From IMG/VR virus record IMGVR_UViG_3300028608_000007, positions 64,001-128,000 of that record: a stretch of 64,000 nucleotides of DNA; one strand, 5' to 3'. Positions 57,295-64,000 of the stretch are shown here, piece after piece. This DNA is from a virus. How positions within the stretch are numbered: position 1 is the stretch's first letter; each line of letters starts with the position of its first letter. Position numbers and translations under genes: made by a program. The notes below the pieces were generated by a model, which made no database searches, was not told the DNA's origin, and saw only the letters and a list, made by a program, of their open reading frames with translations.

Positions 57295-58639
57295 TCTTGT
57301 CTGGTTCCAGGAACAAAGTCAGGGAGGTGTTGCTGACATAACGTCGAGCGGTTGATCCCGTACCTTTTAGATGAATGTAGTCTTGAGTCATCGTGACTAC
57401 GCCAAACAGCTCCTTGGTCTCACCACCTGCTTCGTACAGGTAACGGACTGGCATCCCTGGGTAGATCAAACTGCCCCGAGAGTTTTCCCATTTGACCTGC
57501 ACAGGCTGGCCTTTACGAGAAGAGATCTTTGACAACGCAGACATCAAGTTGCTGGAGATCTTGTCCGCCGCTTGTACAACATGGTTTAACCCATTCTTGG
57601 CTTCTTCAAACAACACCTCGGTAACGTTCTTTCCTCGTGAGAGGGTGGTCACGTTCTCGATGGTTTCACCAAAGCTGTCGAAGATGGACTTGGCATCTGT
57701 GAAACGAATACCGTTACCCTCACCTACCTGACGAGCGTTAGACGCATCCACCGATCGAGTCGAACCAGTGGCCAAGATGATCAACTGGTTGGTTGTCTGA
57801 CGGAACGTACGCTCAATCTCAGGGAAGCGGTTCTCGGGGACGTTGATCACCGTCAAACCACTAGGAGTAGCTTCGAAGCGTTGTGTGTTAAAGAGAGGCC
57901 ATACATACCAAGAGCCTTGGTGTAAGTAAAAACCGATTTCACTGTTGTAGATGCCCCCACACTTGTCTTGAATGTAGTTAGGCAGTGCTACTAACGGAGT
58001 ACCGTGTGGAATGACCACATGGGCTCGTTTCTCAGTGTTATCGGCTGGCACCATGTCAATGGCTTCAATCGACAACCCGCGTTCCAGAGGCATCTTGTTG
58101 GACTGGTCAGCGAGCATTGCCTGCAATACTTGCCAAGGCGTTGCTTGCTTGAACACACCACCCACAGTACAACCACGCAGCCATTCGGTTACGTTGTCAA
58201 TCAACTGGAACTGGACTTTCATGATGTCGCCCAAGTCACCAAACTGAACAGAGTCCAGCAGGGGAGACGAACCTTCCTTGGCATGGTCTCGAACGTCCAT
58301 CAAGATTGCAGTGTAGATCAAGGTCTCCACCTGAGCATCTGCTGACACCGTATCAGACACTTCACCGATGTACTGACGCTGAATCACAGCCTTGAGGTTG
58401 TTCCTGTAGGGGAACAGCTTCTGGGCGTATGTCCCTGCACCAAACACCACTTCCATGACGATTGAGTCAGCAAAGCTTTGGGTGAAGTCACGCACGATAT
58501 CAACCGACATGAACTTCAGTGGAGCCACCGTGTTACCGTCGGGCAACTGGAACCACACTTCGTACAAGTAATGGACATCCTTCGCACCTTCCTTGGTGAT
58601 CTTGGAGATCTCATTCATTAACGTACTTTTCTCGATCAT
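57278..58639 (-). CDS. conserved phiKZ-like virion structural protein
   Basis: 453 aa in tightly coupled block; overall pattern recalled from phiKZ-like virion proteins. Confidence 0.65.
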   Translation of the reverse strand: MIEKSTLMNEISKITKEGAKDVHYLYEVWFQLPDGNTVAPLKFMSVDIVRDFTQSFADSIVMEVVFGAGTYAQKLFPYRNNLKAVIQRQYIGEVSDTVSADAQVETLIYTAILMDVRDHAKEGSSPLLDSVQFGDLGDIMKVQFQLIDNVTEWLRGCTVGGVFKQATPWQVLQAMLADQSNKMPLERGLSIEAIDMVPADNTEKRAHVVIPHGTPLVALPNYIQDKCGGIYNSEIGFYLHQGSWYVWPLFNTQRFEATPSGLTVINVPENRFPEIERTFRQTTNQLIILATGSTRSVDASNARQVGEGNGIRFTDAKSIFDSFGETIENVTTLSRGKNVTEVLFEEAKNGLNHVVQAADKISSNLMSALSKISSRKGQPVQVKWENSRGSLIYPGMPVRYLYEAGGETKELFGVVTMTQDYIHLKGTGSTARRYVSNTSLTLFLEPDKNEQSS

Positions 58640-59208
58640 ACGTTAGCGCCTCGACGGATCAGTTGGTCAGCCAGACCTTCTACCATCATCGAGTGTTCCA
58701 TCGGAATGTTCGACGACACTTCCACAGGGGTCTGCATGTCACGACGTACAGCACGGCGAGACAGACGATCCAAGCTGCGGAACAGGCGAGACGTACTCAC
58801 CTCGGTTTGAACGTGTTGACGCGCCATCGGGTAAACGAGGGCTGCAAACTCTTCCAAGATCCGAAGGTCGTTAACAGGTACTTGGTCACGGAGCCCTGGG
58901 TCTCGGTTGACTTCGTCCTGCCAGTCGTTGATGTGTTCCAAGATCCATCCGTAGATCTGTTTGGATTCATCAGGGTTAACGAGTGCAATGGATGCACCTT
59001 GTTCGGCGTAACCTGCCATCTGGTGAACCGTTAAGTTCACCTTCACCAAGTTCTGGTAAGCGGCAGCATCCACATCCGGGTCACCCGAAGAGTACAGTCC
59101 AAACTTCTGAACGTACTCCTGCGAGTAAAGGTACATCTGCGGGATCAGACATTCCACGAAGTAGTGGAAGATCTTGTACGCAGCGGTGTGATGCTTTTGT
59201 TCTAACAT
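58636..59208 (-). CDS. conserved phiKZ-like hypothetical protein
   Basis: 190 aa, coupled to both neighbours. Confidence 0.7.
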   Translation of the reverse strand: MLEQKHHTAAYKIFHYFVECLIPQMYLYSQEYVQKFGLYSSGDPDVDAAAYQNLVKVNLTVHQMAGYAEQGASIALVNPDESKQIYGWILEHINDWQDEVNRDPGLRDQVPVNDLRILEEFAALVYPMARQHVQTEVSTSRLFRSLDRLSRRAVRRDMQTPVEVSSNIPMEHSMMVEGLADQLIRRGANV

Positions 59209-60599
59209 CAGTAATCCCTCAAGCCGACCTTGATCAGGATCATCAACATCGGAACGTAGTAGAACCGTTCCAAGTTAGACCAGTTCTTGGAGGTGCGCAC
59301 CAAGTACAACAGTACGGTCTTGTCGATGGCTTCACCTTGCAGCAAGTCCCACAACAGCTTCTCAAGCTTAGAGAACCCTTCTGGAGTGTTCTCATAGAAC
59401 GCTTGGGACAGCACGTAGTAGTCATCCTTGTTGACATGGTGGATGTCAGGCAGAGCAGCTACCCCTACAGCGTCCTCAGAGGCCGTATGGAAGCCTTTCA
59501 TCTCCGACTGCACCAGCACACGCCGTAAGTCGTTATAACGCGTCTGCCCGCCTAATAGGCGCCCTGGAACGAGAGGATCGTTGTAGACCTCCTGACCATC
59601 GACGTGACGCAGGGTAGAACGCTCCGTAGGGAACACAACTTCCTGTACGCCACTGTAGTAGATCCCATCAAACAACGGACTTTCATCGAACTGACGGTAG
59701 GACACCAGACCAGCCGTTTGGAAGCACAGGTCGATCATGTCAGCATCGGCAGCAATCAAACAGGTCCAAAGGTTGTTCTCTTTGTACCGGATCGAGCGAT
59801 CAGTGTTGAGCGCTTTGATCTTCATGATGGTGTTGTTGTCAGTGTTGTCCAGCGTTGACAGGAAAGCCGTAACGAAGAACGGGTCGTAACACACACTGGT
59901 CTCTTGGTCGGGGATGATCAGCGTAGCGTACTCAGTGTTGAAGAAGTCAACCAAGTACTGGTTAAGCATCTTCTTGTAACCCTGGTTCAACGCAGCGATC
60001 TGTTCAAACTCGCTGGTAGCGATGACAGGGTTCTGACCGTAGTAGATGAAGTCACGAACGAACGTCGTGTCTCTCACCACTTTGCGTGCAAGGTCGTCCT
60101 TGTACTGTTTGGTCAGGTAGTCCCGCATGACGTAGTCAATGGTGTAGACTGCGTCTTTGAACACCGCTTTCTTTTCAGAGCGGATGACCGTGAACACACC
60201 CACTCGACCGTCACCTACGTCGGCCAAGAAGATGTCGCCTTGGTTAGGCATCGTCCCGCCGTAAACCGTAGCGGAACCTGTGATCACAGTGTTGCGGTCA
60301 GCGTCTTGCTGCTGGTAGGACAGCGGGGTGGTAACCTTCAGCTCCAAGTGACGAATCAACTTGTACTGTTGGTAGACTGCTTTCTGCGTCAGTTGCAGGT
60401 CGGAGGTTTCGTTGTCCAGATCGAGCACTTGGTTGTAGTAGTCGACAGTCCAGCTAGCGCCTTCAACGTGAGTCAGTAACGCAGTCTGTGGAACGTAACG
60501 AGAGTCCACCACCTGATTGCGAACTTCGGGAGCCACAGCAATCGGCTCTACCGGAACCGCCTTCGGTGGCAAACCCTGTTTGGAGTCTAAGATTGGCAT
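59208..60599 (-). CDS. conserved phiKZ-like virion structural protein
   Basis: LLTHVEGASWTVDYY, PNQGDIFLAD, YDPF, ERFYYVP patterns. Confidence 0.7.
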   Translation of the reverse strand: MPILDSKQGLPPKAVPVEPIAVAPEVRNQVVDSRYVPQTALLTHVEGASWTVDYYNQVLDLDNETSDLQLTQKAVYQQYKLIRHLELKVTTPLSYQQQDADRNTVITGSATVYGGTMPNQGDIFLADVGDGRVGVFTVIRSEKKAVFKDAVYTIDYVMRDYLTKQYKDDLARKVVRDTTFVRDFIYYGQNPVIATSEFEQIAALNQGYKKMLNQYLVDFFNTEYATLIIPDQETSVCYDPFFVTAFLSTLDNTDNNTIMKIKALNTDRSIRYKENNLWTCLIAADADMIDLCFQTAGLVSYRQFDESPLFDGIYYSGVQEVVFPTERSTLRHVDGQEVYNDPLVPGRLLGGQTRYNDLRRVLVQSEMKGFHTASEDAVGVAALPDIHHVNKDDYYVLSQAFYENTPEGFSKLEKLLWDLLQGEAIDKTVLLYLVRTSKNWSNLERFYYVPMLMILIKVGLRDY

Positions 60600-62101
60600 T
60601 AGGGTTTTCCTCTCTTAGCGATGATACCGGTAACGCCTACCGTGTACATCCGACGAACTTGGGATTCCCGCTTCTTGTTGATGATGTCTTGCAACCAGCC
60701 ACCAGGGAAGTGACCACCAATCAACGGAGGCAGGGGTTTCTTGTTGGGGTACAGAGTTTTGATGACCTCAGTACAGAACTCACCGTCTTCTTTCAACCGA
60801 TCGATAGCACCCGGCGACAGTACAGACAGGTCAGTGACTAACCCGAAGCGCAAGTGGTACATATAACGAGGGTTCATGTCCAAGGCGCAGGTGAGGTTGC
60901 CGTCTACGTCCATCAGCACCGTACCGTCTGGCATCGGCTTACCCCAACGGTACAGACCGAAGTGGAAGATCGAATCGTACAGTCGGTTGATGTAAGGCCA
61001 TTCCTTCTTGAGGAACCGCAACGTCGCAGGACTGAATTCAAAGTCACCCAACTCATTGATGTTGAACAACTCACCACGATCCTCACCAATGCCCACCAGA
61101 ACGTCTAGCATGCTCGCTGTGCGTGAGTGATGCCACTCTGGTAGCCAATCATCAAACGCAGGAATACGATTGCCTAACAGCGGCTGCGTGCGTTCCTTGT
61201 AAAGGTTGGTGAATTGGTCGTAGTAGTACCGATCGTTAGCAGGACGACGTGCACGCTTGATCAACTCGTAGACCGAGTATTCACTGCGATACTTGACGTC
61301 GATCAGTTGGTTGTGGATGCAGACGGGGTAATGGAATTGAACACCCACTACTTTGTCGTACTGGAACGTGTAATCGAAACCAGTCTCCCACGGAGCACCA
61401 TCACCAGCCTTGGAACCTTTGTCTGGTTGTGCTACAAAGTTAAAACCACCCACGATGCCTGCTTGACGCTCAGTGATCGCCATGATGGGTTGAGTACCGG
61501 CTTGGGTAGTCAGTTGGGTAGCACGGCCTGAGATGTGGTCTTTCACCCACTTGCCGAGTTCCTCACCGTAAGGCTCCACCCGCTCACGCATCTCAAAGAT
61601 CTCGTGAAGGATGATAGCTACGACATCAGGGACCGGATAGTGGTAGTCCATCTCGTGAAGGATTTCCACGCGCCCTTGAGAGCTGCGCACACGGAATTCG
61701 TCACGCCACTTTTCTGCCATCGTGCGATCAGGTGCCCGGTAGCGGAAGCTAATCGTGACCTCACATTGAACGTAGATCGGTTTGACATAAACGTCCAACT
61801 TCTGATCGTAGAAAATAAAAGGTACGTTAGGTCGCTTCACTGCCGAAGTCAGTGTGCGGTCTTCAATGTACTGTTCGTCTGCTTCGATGTTGATACGACC
61901 ATTGAACGGGAACTTGTTTTGAATCCCGTTAGTCGTCATCGTAGAGCCTGGTTGGAATTGAGACTCGGCTGCACCGAAGAACTCAAAACCCGTATCCTCA
62001 GGAAGCCTCATGATGCCAATGAGCTGTTTCGCTACCTGGACAATAGCTGGACGGGTAATGGAGTTATACGTCTCTGGTAGTTCAACGACAATATTGGGCA
62101 T
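60599..62101 (-). CDS. conserved phiKZ-like virion structural protein
   Basis: Start MPNIVVELPETYNSITRP (GGAG SD). Confidence 0.7.
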   Translation of the reverse strand: MPNIVVELPETYNSITRPAIVQVAKQLIGIMRLPEDTGFEFFGAAESQFQPGSTMTTNGIQNKFPFNGRINIEADEQYIEDRTLTSAVKRPNVPFIFYDQKLDVYVKPIYVQCEVTISFRYRAPDRTMAEKWRDEFRVRSSQGRVEILHEMDYHYPVPDVVAIILHEIFEMRERVEPYGEELGKWVKDHISGRATQLTTQAGTQPIMAITERQAGIVGGFNFVAQPDKGSKAGDGAPWETGFDYTFQYDKVVGVQFHYPVCIHNQLIDVKYRSEYSVYELIKRARRPANDRYYYDQFTNLYKERTQPLLGNRIPAFDDWLPEWHHSRTASMLDVLVGIGEDRGELFNINELGDFEFSPATLRFLKKEWPYINRLYDSIFHFGLYRWGKPMPDGTVLMDVDGNLTCALDMNPRYMYHLRFGLVTDLSVLSPGAIDRLKEDGEFCTEVIKTLYPNKKPLPPLIGGHFPGGWLQDIINKKRESQVRRMYTVGVTGIIAKRGKP

Positions 62102-62250
62102 GTCGGGTCTCCAGTGTAAGATCATAGGATACCCAGAGAACAACAGCATAAGGACCAGCCATATAGGCTGGCTATATTGGGAATAAAGAGCCCCTAGACA
62201 ACAGCGGTGTTTTAAGGGCATTTGATACGGCTAGGTAGTAGGAAAATACC

Positions 62251-62289
62251 AAAAAAAACACCCCTAGACAAGCGGGTGTTTCTTATGCC
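62251..62289 (-). terminator. intrinsic terminator
   Basis: AACACCC/GGGTGTT stem with T tract on minus strand; GGCATA upstream. Confidence 0.75.
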
Positions 62290-62294
62290 GTCGC

Positions 62295-62804
62295 TTATTC
62301 GGCAACGAAGCCATGAGAGGCAACGTCACCGGTCAGCTCGCCGCGCAGGCTGCGGATCATCAGGTCGAACACCAGCGGTACTTCCTGACGCATGCCCAGA
62401 GGCCCGGACAGCGAGGTAGTGAGGATCAAGACACGATCACAACCGTGGGCCACGATGCCGAAGTTCTCGTACAGGTACGGTTGACCGCCGTAGGCCGCTG
62501 GGCTTTGTTCCATGTACGACATGCCCATGTTCAGCATGCGGGGTTGTTGGAACGCCAGGACACGTTGATTGATTGCGTTGGCTTCTGGCCCGCTGACCTG
62601 ATTGAAGGTGATCGGGTTCAGGATCAGAGAGAAGCCTTTGCCTTCTTTGATGTCGGCAGCGAACTCAGGGCTGAGCTTTGCAATGCCTTCGATCACGCTT
62701 TCCAGCGAAGTGATCAGGTAGCGTTTGTCGAAGAACTGACCGCACACCAGGTTAGCGATTGGGAAGGTCTTGACGGGCTGTTTTTCTTGCTGTTCCATTT
62801 GCAT
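62295..62804 (-). CDS. hypothetical protein
   Basis: 169 aa, strongly biased codons. Confidence 0.7.
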   Translation of the reverse strand: MQMEQQEKQPVKTFPIANLVCGQFFDKRYLITSLESVIEGIAKLSPEFAADIKEGKGFSLILNPITFNQVSGPEANAINQRVLAFQQPRMLNMGMSYMEQSPAAYGGQPYLYENFGIVAHGCDRVLILTTSLSGPLGMRQEVPLVFDLMIRSLRGELTGDVASHGFVAE

Positions 62805-62836
62805 ACTCTCTTGAGTTAAAGGTTTGACGGAGGGTG

Positions 62837-63145
62837 TTACTTAGCAGGGTGGTTCGGTGGAACGCCGATCTTGAAGGCACGGACCCACTTGCGAACCTTG
62901 AAGAACTGATACCAGCCCACAACGTAGTTGACGATGATCAGAGGGATCAACGCCATCATACCGAAGTAGCCAGCGAGGAACAGGAACAACGCTGTACCGG
63001 CCGTCATCTTGTAGCGGTCAGGACAGGTAGTGATGAGGAACTTGACAGCACGACTGTCGTTCTTCTTCTCGAACAGGTAGATTCCACGGAGGACGACGAA
63101 GAACCCGAAGACGAGAATGAAGTACATGAAGATAGTGAAGGCCAT
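62837..63145 (-). CDS. small multi-TM membrane protein
   Basis: 102 aa, AAGGGAG SD, after putative early promoter. Confidence 0.7.
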   Translation of the reverse strand: MAFTIFMYFILVFGFFVVLRGIYLFEKKNDSRAVKFLITTCPDRYKMTAGTALFLFLAGYFGMMALIPLIIVNYVVGWYQFFKVRKWVRAFKIGVPPNHPAK

Positions 63146-63200
63146 AGTTAAAACTCCCTTGAGCTTTGAGATTAGAAGGTTTGGTACCAGTGTTACACCA

Positions 63201-63226
63201 GAGTAATATACATCTCAAATCTTTTT
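63201..63226 (-). promoter_or_regulatory. putative phage early promoter (TATATTAC)
   Basis: Minus strand AAAAAGATTTGAGATGTATATTACTC. Confidence 0.65.
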
Positions 63227-63241
63227 CATTCCAGTTACAGA

Positions 63242-63276
63242 CGGCATAAAAGCCCGCCCCGAAGGACGGGCTTTTA
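63242..63276 (-). terminator. intrinsic terminator flanked by GGCATA
   Basis: AAAAGCCCG/CGGGCTTTT stem, TTCG loop. Confidence 0.8.
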
Positions 63277-63307
63277 CTCAGACGACTGAATCAGTCGACT
63301 TCAAGAA

Positions 63308-64000
63308 TTACTTCTTGGCGTCGTCTTTCTTCTTGTCATCTTTCTTTTCGCTCTTGCCAGCGGCAGCGATCGAACGCTCAACCAGGCTCAGAGCAGAGCG
63401 AACGGCGCTGAAGCCAGCGTTGTTCACTTGCAGCAGCGGACGGGTCAGGTCCTTGGTCGCTTTGCGCAGGCCGCGGTTAACGGTAGCGTTCGACCAGGCT
63501 TTGCCCAGCTTGCCTTGTTCGGCAGCGTTCACGAACTTCTCGGTGGTCTGAACAGCCTTCTCACGAGCGGCGTTCAGCTTGTCCATGTAGGAGCCCTTGG
63601 CCAGCAGGGTTTCTACGATGGTCGAGCAGTGACCCAGGATGTCGCGCAGGGTGTTCGGACCAGGGCAGTCGATCTCGGTGCCTTCGTTGATGGAAGGCTT
63701 CTTACGGTCCAGGGTCAGGGAGACCTTGGTCGCGTCGTCGCCAGCAGGACCTTCTTCCTTGCTGGTGGAGAAGAACCAGCCACCGGCAGCTTCTTTCGAA
63801 CGACCGGACAGCTTCACGGCGACAGGCGAGAACATGCCTTCAGCGCTTTCGACTTCTTTGGTGATGGCCGATTCTTCCAGGGCAGCCTGGGTTTTCGGGT
63901 CAGCCAGAACAGCGCCGATGTGCTGGTAGTACTTCTCAGCAGCCGGAGCCAGCTCGCCCCAGGATTCCTGAACCAGTTCGCCCAGAACAGCCATGCCCTG
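63308..64000 (-). CDS. C-terminal part of a probable virion head/ejection protein (5' end outside window)
   Basis: Ala/Lys-rich helical protein with strongly biased codons and a charged tail; frame open to window edge. Confidence 0.55.
   Translation of the reverse strand, partial: QGMAVLGELVQESWGELAPAAEKYYQHIGAVLADPKTQAALEESAITKEVESAEGMFSPVAVKLSGRSKEAAGGWFFSTSKEEGPAGDDATKVSLTLDRKKPSINEGTEIDCPGPNTLRDILGHCSTIVETLLAKGSYMDKLNAAREKAVQTTEKFVNAAEQGKLGKAWSNATVNRGLRKATKDLTRPLLQVNNAGFSAVRSALSLVERSIAAAGKSEKKDDKKKDDAKK

Overview
This 64-kb window is part of a large lytic (jumbo) phage genome with phiKZ-related (Chimalliviridae-like) organisation. The host is probably Pseudomonas, judged from very Pseudomonas-like Dcd and Tmk sequences and AlgP-like KPAA repeats. 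No tRNA, rRNA, CRISPR array, integrase, transposase, reverse transcriptase or homing endonuclease was seen. Layout: (i) 1-8.7 kb, minus strand: DHH phosphoesterase, NAD-dependent DNA ligase, hypotheticals. (ii) 8.9-13.2 kb, plus strand: nrdA/nrdB and small membrane ORFs. (iii) 13.2-44 kb, minus strand: an accessory/metabolic block with many tandem paralog pairs, a glutathionylspermidine-synthase-like ligase plus lipoprotein, ThyA, a Nudix protein, a translationally coupled Prs-like + NAMPT-like pair (NARP1-type NAD reconstitution architecture), a SLOG protein, Dcd, a TAXI-like periplasmic protein and an apparently inactivated prohead-protease paralog. (iv) 44.1-56.6 kb: an array of about 16 paralogous tail/fibre-type genes in two families, including one split and one inverted copy. 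(v) 56.6-64 kb, minus strand: Tmk and conserved virion genes. Recurrent early-promoter-like motifs and GGCATA/TATGCC-flanked hairpins punctuate the window. All family assignments come from motif recognition by eye; no searches were run.
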